From assembly GCA_963789265.1 (NCBI GenBank), contig CAWBKB010000005.1, positions 608,001-672,000 on the forward strand: DNA of 64,000 bases, written 5' to 3'. A program made the position numbers and the translations under genes. This DNA is from an uncultured delta proteobacterium. Lineage in GTDB: Bacteria > Desulfobacterota > Desulfomonilia > Desulfomonilales > Desulfomonilaceae. Positions 21,269 to 30,714 of the stretch are shown here, in pieces (the stretch's first letter is position 1; every line of letters begins with the position of its first letter). The notes beneath the pieces are model-generated. The model was not told the origin of the DNA. It ran no database searches and worked only from the letters and a program-made list of their open reading frames with translations.

Positions 21269-22168
21269 TCAAGCAAAATCTTCGTGATACCCCATAGCCT
21301 CCAACAGACGCTCAAGCTCCTCTTTCGAGTGGAAGGCAATCTCCAACGTTCCTGATTTATTACTTTTATTTCGTATGACCACTCTTGTAGAGAAGTGACG
21401 CGAGAGCTTCATTTCTAAGGCCGCTAAATCGGGATCTTTCGGAGCCGTGCTCGTTGAACCGGCTTGCTGTTTATTTTTGAAGTTCTGAACAATTCGCTCC
21501 AGTTCCCGAACTGAGAGTTTACGCTTGATAATTTTCGAGGAAAGATTCAACTGAGTGGGCAAGTGATCCACAGCCAAGAGAGTCCTGGCGTGGCCCATGG
21601 AAAGCCGGTCTTCTCGAAGGTGTTCCTTGATCGGTTCCGGTAATTTTAATAGCCTGAGATGATTAGTAATATTAGACCTGTCTTTGCCGATCCTCTGAGC
21701 GAGGATTTCGTGAGTGTAAGAAAATTTATTAATAAGCGTATTGTACGCCTCGGCTGTGTCAAGGGGATTAAGGTCCTCTCTCTGAAGATTCTCTATGAGC
21801 GCTATTTCCAATGATTCCGCATCCGATATGGTCCGCACTATAACCGGAATTTTGAAGAACCCAGCCTTCTTCGCGGCACGCCATCGCCTCTCACCTGCGA
21901 CGATCTCATATTCCCTCTCAGAGATGAAACGTACAATTAAAGGTTGAATTACACCCATCTCTTTTATTGAATTGCTCAAGTCTGCAAGGGACTCTTCAGA
22001 GAAGTACCTTCTGGGCTGATGTGGATTAGGACGGAGGGAATCTATGGAAAGATGTTTGATACCAGCTTCCTGCAGGCTGGTCCCTGCCGGTTCGTCCAAA
22101 GGGATTAGAGCGTCAAGACCTTGTCCCAATGCCGTACGCTTTTTGACCGCTTCCAACGTCTTCAACAT
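21269..22168 (-). CDS. parB: Chromosome partitioning protein ParB/Spo0J
   Basis: ALGQGLDALI, PNPHQPR, EIVAGERRWRA, ENLQREDLNP and an HTH; AAGGAG RBS before ATG 22168. Confidence 0.96.
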   Translation of the reverse strand: MLKTLEAVKKRTALGQGLDALIPLDEPAGTSLQEAGIKHLSIDSLRPNPHQPRRYFSEESLADLSNSIKEMGVIQPLIVRFISEREYEIVAGERRWRAAKKAGFFKIPVIVRTISDAESLEIALIENLQREDLNPLDTAEAYNTLINKFSYTHEILAQRIGKDRSNITNHLRLLKLPEPIKEHLREDRLSMGHARTLLAVDHLPTQLNLSSKIIKRKLSVRELERIVQNFKNKQQAGSTSTAPKDPDLAALEMKLSRHFSTRVVIRNKSNKSGTLEIAFHSKEELERLLEAMGYHEDFA

Positions 22169-22919
22169 CCATAATCTCCTTTGAAAGTGAAAGATAACCG
22201 ACCGCTCCACGTGACGTGATATCGTATAAAACCACAGGCTTGCCAAAACTGGGCGACTCCGAGAGCTTCACGTTCCGCGGTATCACTGTGTTAAATACTT
22301 GAGATCGCAAATTTTTTCTTACATCCTCCACCACCTGATGACTGAGATTATTTCTCGGATCGAACATGGTGAGAAGAAACCCTTCTATCCGAAGGGACTG
22401 GTTAAAGTTGGATTGGATCCTCTTAATAGTTTTTAGTAGATTACCGACTCCCTCCAAGGCATAGTACTCGCACTGAATAGGAACCAGGACGGAATTGGCT
22501 GCCACCAAAGCATTCAGAGTCAAAAACCCCAAGGACGGCGGACAATCGATGAACACGTAGTCATAAGAATATCTTATTGACTCAATGGCCGATAGTAGCA
22601 TTCGTTCTCGGGCCGGCAGCGAGATGAATTCCACTTCAGCCCCGATAAGATCCTGAGATGAAGGGAACAAATCCAAATATTCCAATGCCGTACGTTTCAC
22701 GACCTGTTGGCAATTATGCCTCGATATAAGTAGTTCGTACACCGAAGGTTCCCCTGGAGAAAGGCGGATGCCCATCCCACTGGATGCGTTCGCCTGCGGA
22801 TCCAAGTCAATCAGCAGAGTCCGGCGTTCGGCGAGCGCTAGACAGGACGCCAAATTGACCGAAGTAGTGGTCTTACCGACCCCTCCTTTTTGATTACAAA
22901 CACATATTACGCGTCCCAT
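22113..22919 (-). CDS. parA: Chromosome partitioning ATPase ParA/Soj
   Basis: NQKGGVGKTT, DLDPQANAS, DCPPSLG, QCEYYALEG and IPRNVKLSESPSFG. Confidence 0.97.
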   Translation of the reverse strand: MGRVICVCNQKGGVGKTTTSVNLASCLALAERRTLLIDLDPQANASSGMGIRLSPGEPSVYELLISRHNCQQVVKRTALEYLDLFPSSQDLIGAEVEFISLPARERMLLSAIESIRYSYDYVFIDCPPSLGFLTLNALVAANSVLVPIQCEYYALEGVGNLLKTIKRIQSNFNQSLRIEGFLLTMFDPRNNLSHQVVEDVRKNLRSQVFNTVIPRNVKLSESPSFGKPVVLYDITSRGAVGYLSLSKEIMDVEDVGSGQKAYGIGTRS

Positions 22920-22929
22920 TGGCCTTAAC

Positions 22930-22945
22930 CCACAACATGTAGTAT
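22930..22945. promoter_or_regulatory. Candidate NrdR box upstream of parA
   Basis: CCACAACATGTAGTAT matches every conserved position of acaCwAtATaTwGtgt and sits 11 bp before the parA ATG. Confidence 0.55.
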
Positions 22946-23090
22946 CTAAATTCCTGCGTGACCCTCATACCATAAAACGATCCGAGCACCAACGCAAATT
23001 ATCAGCCATCCGGTGAAAAAAACCACAGATTTTGTTTTGCCGATAGATATGTCTACAAAAGACCTAATACCAAAGGCTTATTATGACAGG

Positions 23091-23753
23091 TTACCTGATT
23101 CTCGTGTAACGCACGACCGACCGAAAACTGTTCGAAAAAGGGAGAAAGCCCTCCCAACGGGACGATTCCTGAAAATTCTTTAAATGCAAAGTTTTCCTCA
23201 CTGACCCGGGACCGGCCATCCGTATTAGTGAACCTCCGAGAGGGAGCAAAAGGTGAACAGCATTCAAGAGGTTGGAATCAGAAGAGAAAGCTCGCGAAAT
23301 CGCCAAATCGAAAGACCCGGTGAAAGATCCGTCCAGTAGCTCTTGGAGTTGAAAATTCAGGAAGCGTACCCCGGAAAAATTCAATTCTCTGGCCAGATAC
23401 TTAAGGAATACGATCTTTTTTGGGTTGCGATCCAGCACTGTCAGTTCAATAGACTCTTCCACGGTGCGCATAACAATCCCGGGAAATCCGGCTCCACTGC
23501 CGATATCCAGAACACTGAGTCTGCAACTTCGCGGAACCACTTTAAAAACTGTCAGCGAATCAAGGAAATGGAAGACTACAATATCTCGTGGTTCGTTCAA
23601 AGCGGTCAGGTTTACACGGGAACCCCAATCTACCAAAAGTTCCATGTGTCTAATCATTTGAGAAACAACGTCGTCCGAGACAGAGATTCCCAGAAGGCTG
23701 CAACCTTCCTTGATAATGTACTCGGGATTAAGGGGTAGAAAGCGTCGAGTCAT
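23091..23753 (-). CDS. rsmG: 16S rRNA m7G527 methyltransferase
   Basis: W..RVNLTA, HFLDSL, LDIGSGAGFPGI and SRAF. Confidence 0.93.
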   Translation of the reverse strand: MTRRFLPLNPEYIIKEGCSLLGISVSDDVVSQMIRHMELLVDWGSRVNLTALNEPRDIVVFHFLDSLTVFKVVPRSCRLSVLDIGSGAGFPGIVMRTVEESIELTVLDRNPKKIVFLKYLARELNFSGVRFLNFQLQELLDGSFTGSFDLAISRAFSSDSNLLNAVHLLLPLGGSLIRMAGPGSVRKTLHLKNFQESSRWEGFLPFSNSFRSVVRYTRIR

Positions 23754-24054
23754 CTATCCACTGGAGGTACTCAGGCAAACCGTGTTCAATATTCATGGCG
23801 ATTATTTCCGGGACTTCATACGGGTGAAGCTCTTTGATAGTCGTCTGTAATTTATCGAACATGTTGAGCCGAGTTTTTATAATCAAGAGTCTTTCTTTTT
23901 CGTCACACACTTTGCCTTTCCAAGAATAAATAGATTGTATTTCCGGTATGATATTAACGCAGGCAGCCAACTTCTTCTCGACCAAAGTCCGGGCGATATT
24001 TATGGCTTTGCTCGGATCGTCAATGGTAACAAGGCACACGATGTAGGGACCCAT
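23728..24054 (-). CDS. cutA: Divalent-cation tolerance protein CutA
   Basis: LVEKKLAACVNI, SIYSWKG, HPYEVPEII and YLQWI; GGAG RBS before ATG 24054. Confidence 0.93.
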   Translation of the reverse strand: MGPYIVCLVTIDDPSKAINIARTLVEKKLAACVNIIPEIQSIYSWKGKVCDEKERLLIIKTRLNMFDKLQTTIKELHPYEVPEIIAMNIEHGLPEYLQWIDDSTLSTP

Positions 24055-24056
24055 AT

Positions 24057-24103
24057 TCACTCCATATTGTGCTTTTTTGTTGACAAACCACAATACCTTG
24101 TAT
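24057..24103. promoter_or_regulatory. Tandem candidate NrdR boxes 31 bp apart
   Basis: TCACTCCATATTGTGC (24057-24072) and CCACAATACCTTGTAT (24088-24103), each with one mismatch in the conserved core. Confidence 0.45.
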
Positions 24104-24108
24104 ATTCT
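24080..24108 (+). promoter_or_regulatory. sigma70 promoter for carD and the PIN/TRAM gene
   Basis: TTGACA, 17 bp spacer, TATTCT. Confidence 0.65.
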
Positions 24109-24323
24109 CCCCCCCGTCAATGAGATCTGGCACGGCCCGATCCAGGACAAGGATGGTGGGATTCTATCTTCTTCCCCGAATAAACTCAAGCCGCACAAAT
24201 AGGGGTCATGGTTCTTTGAGCATAAAATCAACTTTTTATTCGATCACTTAGAAAGGGGGCCCATAGATCACTGAGTGACGCCGATCCATCTAATTGCGCG
24301 ATGCTAAGAAGGGAGCCGTGGAA

Positions 24324-24854
24324 ATGTTCAAGATCGGAGATGTTGTTGTTTATCCGATACATGGGGTAGCGCGAATAACAGACATAAAGAAGGAAAAGAT
24401 CGGAAACTCCGACCAACTGTGTTATGTCCTGGAAGCCGAGCTAAATTCCGTGACCAGGAAGCCGGTAATCAAGCTGCCTGTAGACAAGGTGGAATCAAAC
24501 AACGTGAGAAGAATTGTCGCGGAGGATGAAGTTCCAAAAGTAATTGAAATTCTTAGAAAAAGGGGAATGAAGACAGACTCCCAGACCTGGAACAGACGGC
24601 ATCGCGAATACCAGGAGAAAATGCGGAGCGGCAGCATTTTTCAAGCGGCGGAAGTCTTCAGGGACTTGAGCATCCTCAAAGAAAGCAAGGACCTATCTTA
24701 CGGAGAGCGCAGGCTCTTCGACCAAGCCAGGAATCTTCTTATCAAGGAACTCTCCATCGCCAAGAAAACCGATGAACGAGAAATAGAACAAACCATTAGA
24801 AAGATCTTCCAACGACCGGACCCTCCCGATCAATACACCAAGGAAAGCGCCTGA
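24324..24854 (+). CDS. carD: CarD/CdnL family RNA polymerase-binding factor
   Basis: MFKIGDVVVYPIHGV, QTWNRRHRE and KDLSYGERRL. Confidence 0.94.
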   Translation: MFKIGDVVVYPIHGVARITDIKKEKIGNSDQLCYVLEAELNSVTRKPVIKLPVDKVESNNVRRIVAEDEVPKVIEILRKRGMKTDSQTWNRRHREYQEKMRSGSIFQAAEVFRDLSILKESKDLSYGERRLFDQARNLLIKELSIAKKTDEREIEQTIRKIFQRPDPPDQYTKESA

Positions 24855-24900
24855 TTTTGAATTTCTCTTTTGTTTGTCCCACCGGAAAGGATTCCTTTCT

Positions 24901-25884
24901 ATGCCTAGCAAGGTGTTTTCCGCTATTCTTCTAATCCTTTGTACTTTTTTCGCCGGCTTGATCGGGCGCAATCTTTTCTCAGACCTTCGCTGGGTAAGTG
25001 CCACGGCGCTGAGTGGTTTCATTCTTGGACTAGCCTCTCTTGCCCTGATGAAGGGATTGCTAAAGCTGGAGGTTGAACGAATCATCGGTGGGGTGATTGG
25101 ATTATTGGCCGCAGCCCTCCTCGGGCTCATACTCACCTCCGGCATGTACGCCAGCATAAATAGGACTGCGATTGGGGTCTTCTTGTATGCGCTTGCCATG
25201 ACAATCCTGTGCCTGGCAGGTCTGCAACTTGGGGCATCAAAGGCCAATGATCTGAAGAAGAGAGTACAAACAAGGACGGAACCTGAACGGAGGATTGTCG
25301 GAATACTAGACACCTCTGTCATCATTGACGGACGCATAGCAGATGTCTGCGAGACAGGGTTTATCGACGGAGACCTGGTAATTCCTCAGTTTATTCTTAA
25401 GGAATTACAGGCTATTGCAGATTCATCGGAATCGACCAAACGGACTCGAGGCCGTCGAGGTCTTGACATACTGAACAAGATCCAAAAACAATCTTACGTA
25501 AAGATAATCATTGACGATACAGACTATCCGTCGATAAAAGAAGTCGACCTGAAACTGATTCACATGGCCAAGGATACAGGCAATTCTATACTGACCAACG
25601 ACTTCAACCTGAACAAGGTCGCGCAAGTACATTCAATCCAGGTACTCAACATCAATCAACTAGCGAATGCTCTTAAACCCATAGTCCTGCCTGGGGAGAC
25701 AATGAAAGTGCAAATCTTGAAAGAAGGGAAGGAGGCCGGTCAAGGAGTCGCGTACCTCGATGACGGTACTATGGTGGTGGTCGATAATGGAAGGAAGCAG
25801 ATAGGGAGAAACGTCGAAGTAGCTGTTACGAGCGTCCTTCAGACTACCGTGGGTAGAATGATTTTCGCAATCATGAAAACTTGA
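24901..25884 (+). CDS. Membrane PIN/TRAM domain protein (YacL-like)
   Basis: Four N-terminal TM segments; LDTSVIIDGRI, RGRRGLDIL, TNDFNLNKVA and TRAM motif QGVAYLDDGTMVVV. Confidence 0.93.
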   Translation: MPSKVFSAILLILCTFFAGLIGRNLFSDLRWVSATALSGFILGLASLALMKGLLKLEVERIIGGVIGLLAAALLGLILTSGMYASINRTAIGVFLYALAMTILCLAGLQLGASKANDLKKRVQTRTEPERRIVGILDTSVIIDGRIADVCETGFIDGDLVIPQFILKELQAIADSSESTKRTRGRRGLDILNKIQKQSYVKIIIDDTDYPSIKEVDLKLIHMAKDTGNSILTNDFNLNKVAQVHSIQVLNINQLANALKPIVLPGETMKVQILKEGKEAGQGVAYLDDGTMVVVDNGRKQIGRNVEVAVTSVLQTTVGRMIFAIMKT

Positions 25885-25935
25885 ATCGAGCGGATGGTTC
25901 CAATAGTCAATTGATGAAATAGTCCTGAGCCCCGT

Positions 25936-25960
25936 GTAGAGACAGACCTTAGTCTGTCTC
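25936..25960. repeat. GTAG-headed hairpin (REP-like or bidirectional terminator)
   Basis: GTAGAGACAGAC-CTTA-GTCTGTCTC with a 9-bp stem, between convergent genes. Confidence 0.55.
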
Positions 25961-26016
25961 CCCGGGGTCAGTAACGTTTGACAGGTGTGACAGGTTCGTT
26001 GCTCAACAGAAGAACT

Positions 26017-26736
26017 TCAGCTCTTCTTTTTTTGAGCCAGAAACTCTTGCCACAGCTTAAAGCCGGGCTCCGGTGGAGATCCCGCATTGTTCCACCACTG
26101 TATGAAGTCTCGATAGACGCCGAGAAATTCGGACCATGTTCCATTCGGGTCTGCATTCTTCTTCCAATCGGGATACAAATCGTCGTTGGCCAACTGAAAT
26201 TCTTCTTTACCGAAATCCGGGAAAGCCTCTTTGAAAGCCTTGAGCTTTTCTTCCTTGCTCATTTCTTGGGTTTGCTTCGGTATAGCAGTCTGCTGAGCAG
26301 CAGCGGTGGCCTCCTTCTGGGTTTGTGCAGCGGGCACTTGTTCCTTGTGCATGCTTTGTGCCGTCACAGTACCAGGTTCCGGCGATTCCCCTTGAGGAGT
26401 TCCCTCGCCCGGCATGATCATGGGCACGGCACGAGACCCCGACCTCGGCCGCTCCAGCATAGATAGGGCCTGCTGAGGCGGACCGCTTGGGAGCGTAGCC
26501 ACTACCCAGCCCCGGTCCGGATCAAACTCTTGGATACTGCCGAAGAACTTGTCTATCCGATAGGCCTTGCCTAGTCCCAACGGACTCAAATACTGATACC
26601 TGTTCTGTAATCCGATTACTATCAATCCAAGGGCAACAATTGCGAGAAAGATCCATGAATGAAGGCTCGTCCAGCCTCCAACAAATCTTGGGCCCCTTGA
26701 GTCGGGACGTCGCACATCATCATCATTAACGATCAT
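26017..26736 (-). CDS. Hypothetical membrane-anchored protein
   Basis: GGAGG-like RBS, one TM (WIFLAIVALGLIVIGL), a Pro/Gln-rich linker and a Trp-rich C-terminal domain. Confidence 0.75.
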   Translation of the reverse strand: MIVNDDDVRRPDSRGPRFVGGWTSLHSWIFLAIVALGLIVIGLQNRYQYLSPLGLGKAYRIDKFFGSIQEFDPDRGWVVATLPSGPPQQALSMLERPRSGSRAVPMIMPGEGTPQGESPEPGTVTAQSMHKEQVPAAQTQKEATAAAQQTAIPKQTQEMSKEEKLKAFKEAFPDFGKEEFQLANDDLYPDWKKNADPNGTWSEFLGVYRDFIQWWNNAGSPPEPGFKLWQEFLAQKKKS

Positions 26737-27000
26737 CCCTCTAGCCTCCTTGCTTTGATCGAAAATTTGGACGCGAACTCCATCGACGAATCGAATATAT
26801 CACATTGAAGATTTTTTGTAAATAGCTTTAGATGGGTTACTTTCCCGATGTTGCCGATTGAGCGGCCAAGCGATTCAATGCGGGCGACATTGCCCACGTA
26901 TTGCCGTCTTATATACTAGAAATCCATTTGGGACGTGATGCATCCTGACGAACTTACAAACCTAAAAAAAGACAAGCAAATTCGATCTGAGGAGGGCCAG

Positions 27001-27257
27001 ATGATAAGAGTGTCCAATAGCCGGCATTTTCTAGCTCTTTTAATCCTGTTGGCAATATGTCTCTACTCTCTGCCCTGCACAGCCTCCATTCCGCTAGTGC
27101 CTCCGAGCCCCAGCCACAATCCTCTCCTGCGCCCGAGGTAAATAACTACAATTTTAATGTTGGCTTACCGCCGGCTACTGGCCCCATAGGAATAATCGCA
27201 GGTATCTTTTCCTTCGTCTATACACTGTATAAGATTGGAGGCGGCCGAAGTTGCTAA
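27001..27257 (+). CDS. Possible small exported or membrane protein split by an indel near 27090
   Basis: GAGGAGG RBS and a signal-like peptide from ATG 27001. An overlapping frame encodes a Pro/Ser linker and a TM-like end (IGIIAGIFSFVYTLY). Confidence 0.4.
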
Positions 27258-27466
27258 ATTCTCATGATTTTTCGATAGCTTACGATGCAATTAACTTGGT
27301 AATTTACTATCTCTTCCGGTGTCCAGACATGATCGCTTTTGCCCGCTTCCATCGCGGGAGTAGCCCTCAGGGTCTCATGAATAGGCCCGAAAAAGTTCCA
27401 GCTGATCGACCGAAAGAATCAAGAGGCCCCGGACCGCACAAACAGAAAATGAATTTCTAAAGCCGA

Positions 27467-28187
27467 CTACAAACTTTTGACTTTGCTCATATCCAGCGAA
27501 GGCCAAATCTGTGCACCTTTTTGCTTGATTTCGTCCGAGGCAGCCTTCGAACTCTTATCTGCGACTCCTCGGCACAGGTCCTGGACAACAATAACCTTGT
27601 ATCCAGCTTTCAGTCCGTCAAGAACAGTGGCCTTCACGCAATAATCAGTGGCTATGCCGTAGACGATCAGGGTCTTGATGCCCGCGGCCTTTAGCGTCTT
27701 GTCCAGGTCCGTCTTCGTTCCTCCGTCATCCATGAATCCGGAATATGAATCGAACTTGGGATTTGTACCCTTCTGGATCACTTTCGTGAAAAGGGCAGGA
27801 TTCACCAGGAGTTCAGCTCCTTTACTGCCCTGCAGACAGTGAACCGGCCAGAGGACCTGAGTTCGGCCGTCCGCCAGTTTGATGGTCTCAAAGGGTTTCT
27901 TGCCCTTGTGGTTCGCGGCGAAGGACATATGATCGGCCGGATGCCAGTCCTGGGTTGCGTAAATCGGAATGCCGGCCTTCTTCAACTGGTCTGTAGCTTT
28001 GGCCACGTTTGCCAAATAGGCCTGATCGCTATTGGGCACCGCCAGTGAACCCTTGTGAGCCGTTGTGAAATCGCCTTGGACGTCCACAACAACGACTGCC
28101 AGGCCTTCTTTCGCCGTCGCCGGCATGGGGGCGAAGGCCAGGCCGAAAACGACCGAGCATACCATTAGTAGCAATAGTTTCTTTCAT
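27467..28187 (-). CDS. pncA: Nicotinamidase/pyrazinamidase with an N-terminal signal peptide (apparent extra A just after the ATG)
   Basis: VDVQGDF, TQDWHP..H.SF, LWPVHC, IQKG...DSYSGF and GIATDYCV. GGAGG RBS before ATG 28187; removing one A gives MKKLLLLMVCSVVFGLAFAPMPATA. Confidence 0.9.
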
Positions 28188-28323
28188 GTTTCCTCCATTT
28201 ATCCGGGATTACGGTCCGACCATGCCATATCAACGGACTTTGAGGCGCTAGCCGGTCAAGATATGCTTACTCGGACCGGAAAAGTTACCCGCATGATGGA
28301 CCGCAACTCGAAGGCGGCAAAAC

Positions 28324-28342
28324 TGTTGTCATAATGACAAAA
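28324..28342. promoter_or_regulatory. Palindromic operator, NrtR-like
   Basis: TGTT-GTC-ATAAT-GAC-AAAA. The core TTGTCAT-A-ATGACAA is a perfect inverted repeat of the GT-N7-AC type. Confidence 0.55.
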
Positions 28343-28365
28343 AGTTGAGTTTCTCCCCGAACTTG

Positions 28366-28394
28366 AGCGTAACTCACGTGCTCTCATCAGTCAA
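28366..28394 (-). promoter_or_regulatory. sigma70 promoter for pncA
   Basis: TTGACT, 17 bp spacer, TACGCT. Confidence 0.55.
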
Positions 28395-28519
28395 TAATAA
28401 TCTTGAACGCTTACAAGGAAGAACTTTGACGGATATGTCACGTTGGATAGCAAGGACTCCGAAGCGCCTTCGTCCCCAATGCACTTCGCAAAGCCTGATG
28501 CGCGTTTCAAATTGGTATG

Positions 28520-29269
28520 TCACGGTCTTGGCGAACACTTGACCTGAACCACAAATTCCGCTCCCTGCGGACACTTGCACAAGGACAGGTTGCCACCCAT
28601 CGCTTCCGTAAGTGCCTGGGCCCCTGCCAGCCCCAGACCATGGCCTCTAACAGGGAATCCGTCTACTTTAATGCATTGAAAATATTGATCGAAGATTTTG
28701 TCATGATAACATTCAGGTATACCCGGTCCATCATCTCTGATTGAAATCTGAATAGAATTCCCCTGCGTCCGACACTTCAGGAAGAGGCTTTTCTGCTTGT
28801 ATTTAAACGCATTGGATAGAAGGTTGGTGACAACAAGGCACATCTTGGTTTCGTCAATCTGAATAGACCTATTGAGTTGGGAGTCCTCAGCTTCGAGATG
28901 AATTTCATTAGCCAGCAGTACGCGTCGAAAAGTCTCCACATCTTCGGCCTCTTCCAGGGCATCGGAGACTGCCGGATCGACCAGATCAAAAACCTCTATA
29001 AAGGCAGTTTTGAGAATGCCGGAAAGTGTGCAATCACATACACGCATTATTCCCATAGACGCCATATCCACTTCCAGCATGCTGTTGGCCAAATTCCGGA
29101 TCTTCAAGGCATTCCTCAACATCCGCCTGACGACTTTTTCTTGCTTGGTGGTCAGGGGTCCGTACCTATCTTGCCTGTCTAGCAAGGATTTGGCACCGGT
29201 TTCAATAATGTTCACGGGATTCTTTAGATCATGAACGAGATGAGAGGTTTGAATATTCTTGATCGTCAC
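28520..29269 (-). CDS. Sensorless histidine kinase (HisKA + HATPase)
   Basis: H-box HDLKNP at residue 12; N-box NLLSNAFKY; DDGPGI; GHGLGL. Confidence 0.9.
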   Translation of the reverse strand: MTIKNIQTSHLVHDLKNPVNIIETGAKSLLDRQDRYGPLTTKQEKVVRRMLRNALKIRNLANSMLEVDMASMGIMRVCDCTLSGILKTAFIEVFDLVDPAVSDALEEAEDVETFRRVLLANEIHLEAEDSQLNRSIQIDETKMCLVVTNLLSNAFKYKQKSLFLKCRTQGNSIQISIRDDGPGIPECYHDKIFDQYFQCIKVDGFPVRGHGLGLAGAQALTEAMGGNLSLCKCPQGAEFVVQVKCSPRP

Positions 29270-29311
29270 TGAAAATCTCCGGATGTTTTCCGAAAGGTCC
29301 AGAGCGATGGA

Positions 29312-29827
29312 TCACGATTCAATGATTGCGGATTCATCGACTTCGAGATCCTTCTCGAATTCTTTCCAAAAATCCTTTTCCGATTTTCTCCATTCGGGGC
29401 CGAAACGTTTTCCAAAGGAACTACCCAATTTTTCAAAGACTGCTTTCCATGCGGACCGATAACTGAGAGTCAGGACATCTTCGAGAAAAGGGGCTATCTG
29501 GCCGAGTTGGTCTTTCGGCAGGTAGGCTCGCGCGCCGAGTTCGATAGATTTCTTCAGCGACTGAGGGCTGAGTGCATGGGCGGTAAGCATGACAACCGGA
29601 ATCTGCTTTGCGGTGGCGTACTCGAGAAGGTCAAATCCTCGCACTCCCATGATATCCAGTATGACGAGGTCATAAGTCAGAGAGGCGAGGCGCTGGATAG
29701 CTTCCTCATAGGATGATGCCCTATCTAATTCCACTCCATAATCGTCAAGTTCCTCCCCAAGGATATCCAGAACGTCCTGCTCGTCATCCACAGCAAGGAT
29801 CTGTTTACCCTTCAACTGGTTTGGCAT
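29312..29827 (-). CDS. Response regulator (receiver domain plus a short C-terminal extension)
   Basis: ILAVDDE, LVILDIMG, VMLTA and YLPK; no DNA-binding output domain. Confidence 0.92.
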   Translation of the reverse strand: MPNQLKGKQILAVDDEQDVLDILGEELDDYGVELDRASSYEEAIQRLASLTYDLVILDIMGVRGFDLLEYATAKQIPVVMLTAHALSPQSLKKSIELGARAYLPKDQLGQIAPFLEDVLTLSYRSAWKAVFEKLGSSFGKRFGPEWRKSEKDFWKEFEKDLEVDESAIIES

Positions 29828-29849
29828 AACTTGATCTCCGGATTTCTTT

Positions 29850-29879
29850 ATACTACATACAAGAACTTCTTAATGTCAA
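29850..29879 (-). promoter_or_regulatory. sigma70 promoter for the receiver/kinase pair
   Basis: TTGACA, 18 bp spacer, TAGTAT. Confidence 0.55.
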
Positions 29880-30011
29880 GCTGGATAATCCTGACAACAC
29901 GGCGGGACAAGGGCGAATTAGACGAACTTGTGGAAGATATCTTAACCTCTAAATGGATCTTTGGCCGTTATGCGACTCACTGCTTCTTCTGTTTAGAAAC
30001 GAGGGGTAAAT

Positions 30012-30701
30012 CTAACGGAGAAGATTATACTTTAAAATGCACCAAATTGCCTTCAATCCGTCTTTCCAATTTATTTTCTTCCCTTCCGAATAGGTTCTTC
30101 CGGCATACGAAATTCCCACTTCATAAATTCGACAATGAAGCTTGGCTACCTTTGCCGTAATTTCAGGTTCCACCCCAAATCTGTCCTCTTCAATTGCAAT
30201 TTGCCGAAGAATTTCCTTTGTAAAGGCTTTGTAACAGGTTTCCATGTCCGTCAAATTCAAGTCGGTGAGGGCATTCGACAAGAGGGTGAGCACCTTGTTG
30301 CCAATCGAGTGCCAAAAGAAAAGAACCCGGCGACTCTCTCCCCCTTGGAAACGGGAGCCAAAGACTACATCCGCTTTGCCTTCTCTGATCGGTTGCACCA
30401 GCTTCTCGTATTCCGAAGGAGAATATTCCAGGTCCGCATCCTGAACTATGATCACATCGCCTGAGGCTAAGGTAAAGCCGGACCTCAGGCACGCCCCTTT
30501 GCCGCGATTCTTCTCATGGTACACAACATGGTCAATTAGAGGGTAGAGTTTGTTACGTATCAATTCCGTGGTGCCGTCCTTTGAATTGTCGTCGACCAGG
30601 ATTATTTCTTTCGGGTTCAGTGAAGAGCTCTTCACCATTTCTATTAAGCGTTCTATGGTACTGATTTCATTGTAACAGGGTATCACGATAGAGAACTTCA
30701 A
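30012..30701 (-). CDS. GT2 glycosyltransferase (DPM-synthase-like)
   Basis: [38 protein letters not shown] and GKKINWKDG; probable TTG start at 30701. Confidence 0.93.
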   Translation of the reverse strand: MKFSIVIPCYNEISTIERLIEMVKSSSLNPKEIILVDDNSKDGTTELIRNKLYPLIDHVVYHEKNRGKGACLRSGFTLASGDVIIVQDADLEYSPSEYEKLVQPIREGKADVVFGSRFQGGESRRVLFFWHSIGNKVLTLLSNALTDLNLTDMETCYKAFTKEILRQIAIEEDRFGVEPEITAKVAKLHCRIYEVGISYAGRTYSEGKKINWKDGLKAIWCILKYNLLR

Positions 30702-30714
30702 TTCGTTTGTCCTT

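Noticed and set aside
19000..26000. parS sites near parAB and oriC
   Set aside because: I found no convincing TGTTTCACGTGAAACA-like palindrome by eye.
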